A stretch of DNA of 58,259 bases, filler included, from Jimgerdemannia flammicorona (lineage: Eukaryota): the NCBI GenBank assembly GCA_003990765.1. It is 3 parts of 3 records of this genome, joined end to end, with 100 filler letters (N's around TTAATTAATTAA, not from the genome) between each part and the next. Parts side by side here need not be neighbours in the genome. Positions count along the whole stretch, not along the records: positions 19,456 to 38,810 come from RBNJ01001958.1; positions 38,911 to 58,259 come from RBNJ01001959.1; 1 more part is not named here. One strand, 5' to 3'. Below are positions 38,291 through 50,419 of the stretch, piece after piece. The translations under genes and the position numbers were made by a program. The notes under the pieces were generated by a model. It made no database searches. It saw nothing but the letters and a program-made list of their open reading frames with translations, and was not told the DNA's origin. Every line of letters starts with the position of its first letter. Position 1 is the stretch's first letter.

Positions 38291-38810
38291 GTGAGATTTG
38301 CTAGAAACGTCACATGCGAAGTTACCATGATGAAATGACTCAAACCTTACCGTGTCAAATGTGGCGAAATTACTAAATAAATAATTGAATAATGAATAAA
38401 TAAATGAAAAGAAAGTGTTTCAACACCCAATGTTCCCAGGAACATATGTAGGGTTAAAGTCAAAATAAATAAATATCATAGTGTGCCCGCACACAAATGT
38501 TCGCAATAAAAAAAGTAATAATAATAAATAAAAGGGAAATGCTTCGCCACTCATATATATGAATGGCGGCAGAAACTAAAAATTAAAATTAAAATAAAAA
38601 AAGGGGGTTTGGAGCGCAACGTTCGCAATATATAAATAAATAAATAAAAGAATATATAATAAATGGGAAGTGTTTCGACAGTCAATGCTCAAAAAGGTAT
38701 ATGGATGACGATAGAAAGATAAATAAGTGTTTTGCACGCAATGTTCGCAATGAATGAAGCACCTATACGGATGGAGACAGAAAGCCAAGAGAAAAAGGTG
38801 GTGGGGGGGG

Positions 38811-38910
38811 NNNNNNNNNNNNNNNNNNNNNNNNNNNNNNNNNNNNNNNNNNNNTTAATTAATTAANNNNNNNNNNNNNNNNNNNNNNNNNNNNNNNNNN
38901 NNNNNNNNNN
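38811..38910. other. Artificial contig linker
   Basis: N44-TTAATTAATTAA-N44. Confidence 0.98.
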
Positions 38911-40697
38911 ACTTCATCTTTGTCACTTTTTTTTGTAGTCTCTTAGACTCCTTCCTTTATTAATATACCTATCTATTCAATATAAATACATTGAGCCCAC
39001 CCCTATCTGATCCCCCTAGGGGGCCCTCCTCCCCCCACCCCTTTATAATTAAAGATCACTAGATCATTAACCATCACAACCTGCCCATAACTCTGTTTAC
39101 AGATTCCTTCTACTAGATGGCAACAATGCCCATCCTGAGGACTCCAACCCATCCACCACTCTGTCAATAAATCTCCCATCAACCCCTCTCATCTTAACAA
39201 CTTCTCTTGTAGATCCATCTGTTGCCCCTCCTTAAAAACAAAGAGCTAATGTCCAGCCAGCCCTACCTATATAGCTAAAACCCACCCTACAGTGAGTCAT
39301 TCATTACCCACACCTCCCACCAACCTAGTTCTTTAATCTTTCCATCAACCTCTCTCCCCATCTAATCTTCTCTTGACTCCCAACAATTTACCTACTGCTA
39401 ACCAAAAGTTCCCCAGAACCTCACACTCTCCCAGCTAATATTCTGGCATCTGTACAAATCCTCCAACTTGTCCAACATTGTAATACTTCTCACAATCCAG
39501 TTGCTCACTATCTACCAGATGCCTAGCATGGAAATTCAACATGATATTCCTCCATAGCATCTGCCACCATACTACCCAGAACTTAAGAGAAAGCCACCTT
39601 CTTACCTTAGCACTCTATGACCAGACTCCTGCCCAGTCCCACTCCTCACCAATCCCCACTGCTTGCCAACTATTAGGCCAAATATCCTAATCCAGCCCCC
39701 TCTGACACTCTACTCCATCACCAATATTGAACTCAATAAGTGGAGTGCCCCTCAATAGCAGTCTGTCTCATCTCCATATCACTGATCCCCACAGTATCTC
39801 TCCTTTATTGCTATATCAGTATAAGCCAATATGATAAGCTCCATCTACTACCCTCTATAAGAAGTCTTTATATCTTAACCAATGGCTCTCACCCAGACCC
39901 ACCAGTGATAGCAAGTCTCCTGAGGACTCTCTTGGAGAGAATCTCATCTCCCACACCTTCTGCATCAGTGGCACCCATCTTCCTCTCTACAGTTCAACAG
40001 CTCACTTCAGCCACCAAGCTCTCAGATAGTGCAGCTTCTTAGAAAGATCTACCAGTCCTAGCTCCTCTCTAACTATAGGTATGGAAAGGATATCCCAACT
40101 GATCTGAGACTGTCTCCTAGCTCAAATCCAATCTCTAGTCAGCTTCATCAGTCTCTTCACTACCCAAGCTGAGAAGTCTAAGTGATATATAATATACCAC
40201 AGCTTAGGGAATCAGTAGACATTCAGAATTGATACCCAGCCTGCTAGGGAGATGTGGTGACCTCTCCAACTTCTAAGAGCCTCCTCCAGATGGTTACCCT
40301 CCTCTCCCACTATACCTGTGGTAAGACAGATCTATATACTGAGAGGAAGATACCCAGGTACCGCACTGCCTCTTCTGTCAGGACAATTATTATAATGATA
40401 TCTCCTCTTACTAGTCTATTCTCCAACACCATTGTCTCATACTTATGCCAGTCGAGTTTCACTCCAGAGTATGTCTTGTACTATTCCACTATCTTCTTAA
40501 GTACCTCAACATCTGTTACTGATCTAAGTTTAACCACTATATTATCTGCAAAGGCCCTCACCTTCCATACCACTATAGATAGAGAGTTCTGCTATCTTCT
40601 GGCAAATTCTATCCATCAGAGGCTCCAATGAAAGAGTATATAAAATAAGAGACAGTGGATCTCCCTCTCCCCAAGAGAAATATCAGACCTCGGTGAC
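38911..40697 (+). mobile_element. CpG-depleted repeat remnant, probably a non-LTR retrotransposon fragment
   Basis: CxxC...H-C-like stretch (PHCLFCQD...QHHC) near 40360-40435. 39078-39195 is homologous to the reverse of 58120-58230. Confidence 0.35.
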
Positions 40698-40824
40698 TGT
40701 AATAGAATGAATGAGTGAATAGATGAGATGTGATGAGTGATCATGTGACTCAGCAATGACATCATCATACAATTGAGCATGATATATGGGGCATGCTACA
40801 ACAAAACCAGACAAAATGAACATT

Positions 40825-41830
40825 TTACATCACTCAAGTATTAGGCTCTCATTTAGCCAGTAACCTTTTAATGATTCAATATTCACCATATAAAATAATT
40901 GCCATAAGCAAGCCAAAAGTATAACCTAATGCTCTCTGCTTTCATACTTCTCTTCTTCCTCCTTCTTGTTTGATATTCTGATTCATTTTATATTCCTGAG
41001 TAGCTTTAGTAAAATCTTCATCTTTGAGATCACTAACACTAGTTTCTAAGTGATAGATATTAGGTTTTTGTAGTTTTCTATTAACTTTGTAATTAGGTAA
41101 AATATAAATCTTATCATTTTTGTTAATATGTTTATTTGTTTGCTCAATTATAGATTTTTTGTCATCAATAAAAATATCAAAGTCAGGACAAAGTATGTTT
41201 ATCTTTTCTTAATAATCAGGATACCACTTACTTTCCTCATTTTGTTTGAGTTCAGTTAATTCAAATCTGTTTTGGTCAAACTTACCAAATGTTTTAAATT
41301 TTTTTTTTGTATTTTTCCTCATTGTCTAATTTATCTTTTAGAATGCCTACTTTGTCCTCTGATTAGGAGAATGAACTTATAATTAGTAAGTCACTAATAA
41401 AATCCTCTTTAAGAGCCAAAAGTAAATCCTCTGCAATTGTAGTAAAAAGAACTTTGAATCTTTCTTCAACTCTATAAACATCCATAAATTTACTTCAGCC
41501 AATATCAGGATTATTTTTTATGGTTGTTCTAACCTTTTCAAGTTCTTTGATAGTTTCTCTTTGTTTTTCATCATCAAAATCAAGTGAGATTAAAATATCT
41601 TTTACTTTTCCTCCACTACTAGTAGAAGGCTCTATAATAGCATCTTCTCAGAATATTTTAAAAAATAAATCAAAAGGAATAGTAGTTTTTGAAAATCTAT
41701 GAATTATTGCTGGTTTTAATAGTTGTAAACAATCATCTCAATTGACAATGATTTTCACCTTTCTCTCTTTAAGTTTGACTTGTTCTTTGATGAAAGAATG
41801 GAGGTGATTGATTTTGTTATAATTATCCAT
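40825..41830 (-). pseudogene. Intronless HAD-like phosphatase/nucleotidase with C-terminal TM segment, Mollicutes-like (UGA=Trp?)
   Basis: MDNYNKINHL...KIIVN[TGA]DDCLQ (HAD motif I-like)...DFDIFIDDK (motif IV)...LGYTFGLLMAIILYG. About 335 codons, AT-rich, with one extra A in a homopolymer. Confidence 0.7.
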
Positions 41831-41844
41831 ACTAATAATATAAT

Positions 41845-43599
41845 TTATTTATTGATAGTATTGATTGGGCTTGGACAAGTGATATCTTTGAATTCATCCT
41901 AGGCAAAGGAGTGAATATTGTGATAAAGGTATTTCTGGTATTTCAATTCTATAGGAGGAGGCACTAGCACCGAAAATGACAAGGCTTTGATTTCTTTTGA
42001 AGCCTTGGGTTTACTACTTTTTAATAGTTTAAATTCTTAGAATAGACTATTTGTGACTTCCTGAGCTTTGATCACCTCAGGCTGAGAACAAGTAAAAAGG
42101 AAATGTTGAAACTTTTGTATACTAGGCAGCTTCTTGAAGTATATTTCTAAACTACTCAGAATGTCAAAGTATTGAAAACCTTTGCTACCTTTGTAATGCC
42201 AAGGTTTATTTAGTCCAGCAATGCTAGACTTTTTTACTACATCCATAACATGATCTATACAATCCACAGTCATTTTGCAATAAAGCCTTTTAATTAGGCC
42301 AAAACTACCATCACACTTAAATTTAGTATGGCCCAGAACTATGAAGTTCAATTCAATACTTTCATAGTACCTGCAAATTACCAAGTATATGTAAAACTAA
42401 AGAGTAGTATTATTTTTGTTTTACCCACCTACATTATCGCAGGTAATCTTCAAATGCTTTTCACTTCTATTCAATTGCTTAATTCTATTGAAGACTAGGC
42501 TAAGCGTACCATTTGGACCCTTCTGGAGAAGTTCATTCTCATCCAGTATGTAATTAATTTATTTATACACTGCTTCATCCTAGATCTCAAACAATTGTAC
42601 TTTGCAAGTACTAAGATAATATACCTTGCTAATTTGTTGATCGGAATGAAGTACATAGATATTTTGTGCTCAGTCATAACTGTAATAGGTAACTGCATCA
42701 GTGTTGCAGTAGGGTATCTTACCTTCGACCACTGAATAATTCTGCTCAATGAGTTTTTGGTGTTCTTCAGCCAACTTGGTATTTTTGTTATAATAATTTC
42801 ACTCCAACTTGGCCTTGGCTAAATGTTCTTTATACCTCTTTAATAAGTCTTGGGCCTCTTCCTATTTATGAGCTTTGAATTGCAAGTCATTCCACAAATG
42901 TTGACAGGTATCATATAAATTGGTTTGAGGACTCATGACTTGAATGTATGAAGTTAGTTGATGCCACAATTTGTAGAATGCATCATACTTCAGGATACGC
43001 AATTTACTATCTTCTTCCAGACCAGCTAGAAAGTTATGGTGAACAGACTTATAGCTCAATTCTGCAGATAAAAAGATAATTGATTGGGTGACTCAATTAA
43101 TATTTCTAACTGGGCTAGGTAATCCATGAACTTCAGCATAATTTACCAAAAAATTCTTAATGGTGATAGCAATATTAATATTGATGACCATCTTGGTTTT
43201 TCACTGTGGCATTCTCTTTACATTACCATGTACTCATGATAGAAGACCATTCTTGAGCAAGTGATTTCAGATATTTTCAAAATAATTGCAGCCAATGCCA
43301 AGCATATTGAGATAAGTTTTTTGGCAAATAGGGGTATTACGATTCCAGCAGTAGATAGTTCTCTTATTGACATGAGTCTTGTTCTTGAGACATTGACTAG
43401 TATTGATCACTCCTCCATCCATGGAACTGAGTTGGGCCATTAAAAAGATGTCTTGTTCTGACTTAGAGAGAGCTTGAAAGGCTTCCCACAATTCGGCAAA
43501 CTCTTCTCTAGGCACTTTGTCGGAGCAACTGCAATTGCATCCCACTTCTAAAAATTGGAGCACTTTCTGGTATTCGGTTATAATTGTATCATTTACCAT
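41845..43599 (-). pseudogene. Sola1-like DDD transposase (~585 codons), decayed
   Basis: PICQKTYL, YDTCQ (CxxC), KGPNGTLS, ITCDNVGG*NKNN and LGHTKFKCDGSFGLIK are Sola1-type motifs. Confidence 0.82.
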
Positions 43600-43739
43600 A
43601 TATATATTTATGTTCAGTTTGTCTGGTTTTTTAAAATTTCCTAATGACCATAATTAAATCTACTATGGAGCCCAAACTACAGCACTTTATGCTCTATTAC
43701 GCCAACATGACTCTCTTTTCGCGTCAGGCGTCCACCCAA

Positions 43740-46095
43740 CTATTCTTCAACACTATTCTTGCGCACTTTTTTGACTGGCGTTTCTGGTACCGTCCCGAAA
43801 CATCCGCCTACTTCAGATAGTTGATTTTCATTCCTCTTGCGATGCGCTCGCGAATGTGCCAGAGCTATGTTGTTCACATGTTCACGCATGATCTTGATGG
43901 TCGCCTAAAATTAAATGAATATACCAATGAGAATAAGGAACAAGACAGCGATAAAGCAATGATTGCGGTAGTTTATATAGTACCATGAGGTCCGACATAG
44001 CGACGAAAAACTCCTCCAAGCACGGAAGCGTTGTGACTGTGTTTGGAAGCCTAGATTGGCGAAGTCTTCCGAAACGCATTATATTGGTTGCTTTACAGTC
44101 CATGGCGTATATCTCATGAACCCAACCTTAGTATTGAGGAAGGTAAGTCGTTAAGACATGATTTTAAAATTGATCACCGAGTTCGCCATAATCGCATATT
44201 TACCCCACGACTGCATGCCAATAACGAACGTCTTATGCAGATCGTCGTCTTGTGCCTTCGAATTGTATATAAAGAACTGGCAGATGATGTCACGAAGTGT
44301 CACCGATAAATCGATACGATCCTCAAAGATCTTCCTTCGATGGGTTTCGGGAAGCCCACCACTACGTAGGCCGATCAGAGGCTCAAAGTTGTTGATACTC
44401 TTTTTCATTGTTCCCCGCAAATCGCACTTCTGCCCGACACGAGCACGGAGGAGGATGGACCGACCAACATTGCGACGTTCGGCTGATGCCCAGCATGCGA
44501 TCTCACCACTAACGAATTGTGAAGAGGAAGAGTGAATATAGTGAAAAAACGAGCCTATCTTCTGTGTTTATACATACACGTCAATCTTTAGTTCCTCTGG
44601 GTCAAGGCACCGCTTTACCAGCATGTTTGTGAATGCGTTGTCAAAAGCGGCTTCGGAGACCGGAAGGTCAACGAAACGTAGGTTCTCAGCACTGGATGAT
44701 GATATGGTAGATACTATGAAGTGATATGAAGCGAAATATTAACTGATGATTGCCTGTGATGCTGCACTCACTATGTTACAATGGCGCGTCTAATGGTCGC
44801 GATATCTTGATCCTTGGCATTGAGGTTGACACCATCCTTGTTAATTGACTCCGGAAATATTCGTTCGATAGCCGTGACGACGTCATCGTCCCCCTGGGCC
44901 TTGACAACCTGAAGGCGTGCGGATTGATATCGTAAGAACAAATCTATTTCTGTCAAGGCAAACCTATCGTCACTTGCCTTCTCGAGCTCGTCAAAGAAAC
45001 GCAGCACGCCGTCTGAGATATCCGACTTCACCAACTTCACTTCTTGCTCGAAGCTCGCAACCATCTCCGCCCAGTCGTCCTCTGAAAAGATGCATTTGGT
45101 CTCAAAATGATTGCCTGTTAAATCCAGGATATTCCAATACACCGGGCTGCAAAAAAAAAAAAAATTCAATAAATCAATCATTACCAGAAATGCCACGAAG
45201 GTGTATGCAAATGAAGACTAACTTCAGAAATTTCTCCGCATTCGGAATTGTCTTCGCGTACGCCGCTAGAACATCTCCAACATTTGTTCCACTCGACAAG
45301 ATCCATGATCTCTGACGACATGATGTCTGCCGGCCTTCGACGCACTCTATATATTTGTTGCAAATCTTGTCGATCTTGGCGTTGTCGACATCATCATCGA
45401 CAATCTTGCTATCTTTCTTGCTAAAGTTGTCGTTGCCGTCATCGTTGTTCTTGTCCTTACCGCTGTCACTAGTGTCTTTCTCCAGTACAACTAACTCCGC
45501 ATTGTTCATAGTATCGTTGACGTTGTTACTGGTATGCCCACCCTCAAGAACAGACTTCAAGCGTTTTCCCACAGACTGCGAAATAGAACAAAATAAACTG
45601 CAAGCTCAACCGAACCATAGATATGTCATGAATGAGATAACAATACTTGCTGTTATATATTTTTTAGAGGTCAGTTCCATTGTAGCCGATTTTTCCGCAA
45701 CAATGCTTAATTCAACGTCAGTGCTATACAATTTCTACGAAATGCACTTGCATTAATATTCGTTGATAATCAGAACATTCCACAAGAAACGACCTTCTGT
45801 GACTTACCTCAGCATATTTTAGATCTTGAGTCTTAAGAAATTCTTTGACCTCTGGCCGATCTAGCGTTGACGTTAAGCTTTCACAGATTTTTAGAGCTTT
45901 CCTTTGCACTGATTTGGTGAATGTGTTGCTCGTGGATCTAATCTGCATATGTTGCAAAAACACGTCACAGATTTCTAGAAAATTTGCACTTGTGTAGCTA
46001 ATATTTTCTGACAGATATTGCATAACTCCCAGCAGACTCCAATTGGTATATGGAGTAGCTTCCAGGTACTTCAGCGTATAAACTTCAAAGGTCAT
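43740..46095 (-). CDS. Apparently intact multi-exon (~9) gene with a C-terminal PD-(D/E)xK/REase-like domain (Mucoromycota Crinkler-like effector family)
   Basis: ORF pieces are joined by GT/GC-AG introns with no internal stop found: MTFEVYTLKYLE...SWILSSGTNV...SEAAF...GEIACWASAERRN...GQKCDL...LIGLRSGGLP...EDRIDL...RD...VIGMQ...SRLP, ending TAG at 43740. CpG content is normal. Confidence 0.75.
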
Positions 46096-46181
46096 TCTGT
46101 GGAAAGAAAGAAAGAAAATAAATAAATATTAGAGCAGGCTATAAACAAGAGAAAAATAGACAACTGAAAAAAACTTCGTTT

Positions 46182-46527
46182 AACGTAATACTTCTGGTAG
46201 AGAGAGCGGAAGGGTAGGCTACTAAGAGGAAGCCGTCCAAAAGGGCGAACCGCGTCAAAGAGGGGAGCTCCCGCAACTCTCTACCAAACATCAGCCGCAG
46301 GGGTTGCTAAGCACACTGAGCACTTAGCTCGGCACATACGGGTGTAGGAAGTATTACGTTCAGTATGCTAGACACAAAGTCAAAGGAGTAGGCTACTAAG
46401 AGGAGGCCCGTTCAAAAGGACGAACCGCGTCAAAGAGGGTATGCATTTGGCCTTGCGCTAAACAGCAGCCGCAGGGGTCGCGAAGCATCAGGTGCTAAGC
46501 TCGGCCGTACACGGGTGCCGGATACTG
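46182..46527. ncRNA. Two head-to-tail structured units (179 and 167 nt); candidate novel ncRNA/ribozyme
   Basis: Invariant 17- and 19-nt cores. Enclosing stems differ in sequence but stay paired, and hairpin changes are compensatory. Confidence 0.6.
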
Positions 46528-46802
46528 TGGATCGCAGGAATTATAAATTGTCAACTTCCCTGAGTATACCTGAAGTTTGGTTTTCTGGGTGATAACGGTT
46601 CGAACAATCTACAGGTAACAACGCACATATTAGAACAACGAACGTGCGAATGGAAGACAAACTGGCAGCACTATTAATACCACTCACGATATCGACTGGC
46701 AACAATGAACGCGAAAAAGAGAAGCGTACGCAACGCGTCAAAATTTTCAAGGCAACGTCACCCTCATACCAAGCCACACATCAGTTCACTTTTTTTCCTC
46801 AG

Positions 46803-47268
46803 TGTGATGGTAGTATTGGTCTGATTAAAAGGCCACAGCGATGCTAGACCTTTTTACCACATCTGCGACGTGATCTATACAGTCCACCGTGGTTTTACAA
46901 TAAATAAAGCTCGGCATTATAATGGTAGCAAAGGTTTTCAATACTTTGACATTCTGAGTAGTTTAGAAATATACTTCAAGAAGCTGTCTGGTATGCAAAA
47001 GTTTCAACATTTCCTTTTTACTTGTTCTCAGCCTGGGGTGATCAAAGCCCAGGAAGTCGCAAATGGTCCATTCTAAGAATTCAAACTATTAAAAAGTAGT
47101 AAACCCAAGGCTTCAAAAGAAATCAAAGCCTTGTCATTTTTGGTGTAAGTGCCTCTTTCTATAGAATTGAAACATCAGGAATACCTTTATCACAATATTA
47201 GCCCCTTTGTCTGAGACGAATTTAAAGATATCACTTGTCCAAGCCCAATCAATACTGTCAATAAATAA
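46803..47268 (+). pseudogene. 3' third of the Sola1-like transposase (right arm)
   Basis: CDGSIGLIKR...GFQYFDILSSLEIYFKKLSGMQKFQHFLF; inverted copy of 41845-42315. Confidence 0.85.
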
Positions 47269-47282
47269 ATTATATTATTAGT

Positions 47283-48276
47283 ATAGATAATTATAATAAA
47301 ATCAATTACCTCCATTCTTTCATCAAAGAACAAGTCAAACTTAAAGAGAGAAAGATGAAAATTATTGTCAATTGAGATAATTGTTTACAACCATTAAAAC
47401 CAGCAATAATTTATAGATTTTCAAAAACTACTATTTCTTTTGATTTATTTTTTAAAATATTCCGAGAAGATGCTATTATAGAGCTTTCTACTAGTAGTAG
47501 AGGAAAAGTAAAAGATATTTTAATCTTACTTAATTTTAATGATGAAAAACAAAGAGAAACTATTAAAGAACTAGACAACCATAAAAAATGATCCTGATAT
47601 TGGCTGAAGTAAATTTATGGATGTTTATAGAGTTGAAGAAAGATTTAAAGTTCCTTTTACTACAATTGTAGAGAATTTACTTTTGACTCTTAAAGAGGAT
47701 TTGATTAGTGACTTACTAATTATAAGTTCATTCTCCTGATCAGAGGACAAAGTAGGCATTCTAAAAGATAAATTAAACAATGAGAGAAAATACAAAAAAA
47801 AATTTAAAACATTTGGTAAGTTTGACTAAAGTAGATTTAAATTAACTGAACTTAAACAAAATGAGGAAGGTAAGTGGTATCCTGATTGTTAAGAAAGGAT
47901 AAACATACTTTGTCCTGACTTTGATATTTTTATTGATGACAAAAAATCTATAATTGAGTAAACAAATAAACATATTAACAAAAATGATAAGATTTACATT
48001 TTACCTAATTACAAAGTCAATAAAAAACTACAAAAATCTAATATCTATCACTTAGAAATCAGTGTTAGCAATCTCAAAGATGAAGATTTTACTAAAGCTG
48101 CTCAGGAATATAAAATGAATCAGAATATCAAACAAGGAGGAGGAAGAAGAGAAGTGTGAAAGCAGAGAGCATTAGGCTATACTTTTGGCTTACTTATGGT
48201 AATTATTTTATATGGTGGGTATTGAATCATTAAAAGGTTACAGGCTAAATGAGAGCCTAATACTTGAGTGATGTAA
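47283..48276 (+). pseudogene. Second copy of the HAD-like cargo gene (right arm)
   Basis: Inverted copy of 40825-41830. ATG is mutated to ATA, with a small deletion near 47570. Confidence 0.75.
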
Positions 48277-50419
48277 AATATTCACTTTAGCTGGTTTTGT
48301 TGCAGCACACCCCGTATGATATTATAAATGACAAATATAATGAACAATATGAATAATGCAAATAAATGATATCTAGCTTACCTCTAGTAATCAGTATCAC
48401 AGTATGGCACTATATCAACCAATAATGTAGTATAGCACTATAGTAACCAGCAATGCAATATAGCACTGTAGTAATTAGTACTATAGTAACTAGTACTACA
48501 GCAATACTACTCATTGCTTAGTAATAGATGTCATGATTACAAACCTTACTATAGTTACCAAATTAGTCACTTATTCTTAGTCAGAAATCATAAACCAACT
48601 TATATAAATACCCCCAGTTTCTATTCAAAATAAAGCAGTTTTAGTTTAGTCCTTGATATAAGAATCAAGTTTCCCTTCCATATACACATTCTCCTGAGTC
48701 TTAGTAATGATATCTAAGTGACTTTAGTGTTTCTGATTAAACTCCAGAAGTCTAGCTAACTTCTGCCAGAACTGAGACTAGTATATAAATTCCCAAAGAC
48801 TTAAGTAAACCCATTGAATCTGAATTCCAAGGCAAATTCAGTATGTGTATAGCAAAGAACAAGATCTCTGAAAGATAAGATAAAAGAGAAAGACCTTTGA
48901 AAGATAAGGCACTACCACTACAATTACTGTTAAGTGAGCACTTCCTCAAACTGAAGGCTTCTTGGTACACATTGTATACTAAGTCTTTAAGTAATAGTCT
49001 TACTTCCCTAATTATCCAAAGGATAAGAAAGGGGTAGAAGTAAGAGTTATTACAACTTGGTAGCAGCTGTTTACCAGTCAAGAAGGCATCAAGAACATAC
49101 TCCTGAGAAGTTGGAACAAGACTAACCTTGGATAGGAGTAACCCTAAAACCAACTGTGGATCTCCAAATCAGAGCCAGAGAAGCCCTTACCATTAGGACC
49201 AAGTGGTACCAGAAAACTACAGATCTAGGGACTAACCAGCTTATAATTGACCAGACTTATAAGGATCTATACCAGGCTTTTAAGACTTACCACCCAGGAC
49301 TTAGGAATATAGTTAGCTACTATAGGTTCTACAAACTTCTCTATAGATATATTGGAACCACTAGGACCCCAGAATCTACTGCTGCAGTCATTCAGAATTT
49401 TCTAGATTATATCTCACCTCTTACTGTAAAAGAAGCAGCTACTGAGTAGATTACCTCTGACAGATATCATCATACTCCTATCAAGACCTCTCTCTACTAT
49501 AGGCTAGTTGTATACTATGCCTCTACCATAACTAGGTATGAGAATGAGCAAGCAGGCCACCCATCTCCTACTGCTGAACAAGAAGCAGACCCATCTTATT
49601 AACTAGAAACTGATATTCTCTTTGAAGGACCTAGTCAGTATGAGGATGCACTATCTCATCAGGGAAGGGAGTCAGATGAAGACTCTACAGATTACTAGTC
49701 TGATAATAGCCAACAAGGAACAGCAGGCCTAGGAATTTACTAAAGAACTATAGGTCAAGAAGATAGGACCCCAGAACCAACTCAGCCACCTATCAGAGGT
49801 TTGGTTTACTGTCTCTCACAGGACTCTTTAATCAGATATTTGGGAATCAAGTAACTCCAAGTCATACAGCACCACAACCTCATCAGACAGAACAATCTTC
49901 AGGAGAATCTATCCCTACAGGACCACAATCAATAGTCAACACAATGGTAGATGTCAATATTGCAGCACTAGTGCTCTGAACAGATGGAGTTGATTCAGAT
50001 TCAATTCAATTCAAATTCATCATGTGATGGATTCGAATCAACTCAGATTGGTCTCATGATCTGATCTAGATTGATCTAGATTGATCCAGATTGATCTATC
50101 TGGATTGATCCATCTGGATTGATCTGGATTGGTCTATTTGGATTGGTCCATCTAGATTGGTCCATCCAGATTGATTCATCCGAATTGAAATCTTTGGTGA
50201 TATTATCCTTTCTTTTGTTCATTTCACTCTTGTTTTTTTTTTCCTGCTGTACTTTGGTAACATCACTCTTTTCTTTTGCTCTCTCTCTTCTTTTGTTCTT
50301 TTCTTTGTTCTTTTTCTTTGTTCTTTTTCTTTGTTCTTTTCTACCACATCATGAGTAAACAAAACAGCAGCCCTTAATTTGTATGTTGGTCCAGTCTACT
50401 CATTTTTCACCCTGCAATG

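Larger units (their letters stand above)
40785..48316. mobile_element. Composite Sola1-like DNA transposon with ~1.5-kb inverted arms and captured cargo
   Basis: 40785-42315 is the inverted copy of 46803-48316. Termini TA(C/T)GGGG...CCCCGTA. Direct repeat TGATA at 40780-40784 and 48317-48321, inside the element D LTR. Confidence 0.85.

Noticed and set aside
38410..38755. CRISPR-like repeat-spacer pattern
   Set aside because: Repeats are degenerate, spacers are irregular and low-complexity, there are no cas genes, and the context is eukaryotic.
46182..46527. Hammerhead, HDV-like, H/ACA or RNase P/MRP identity for the structured units
   Set aside because: No CUGANGA...GAAA core, no P1.1 GG after the candidate P1, no terminal ACA, and only a partial CR-I/CR-V resemblance. 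Left unassigned.
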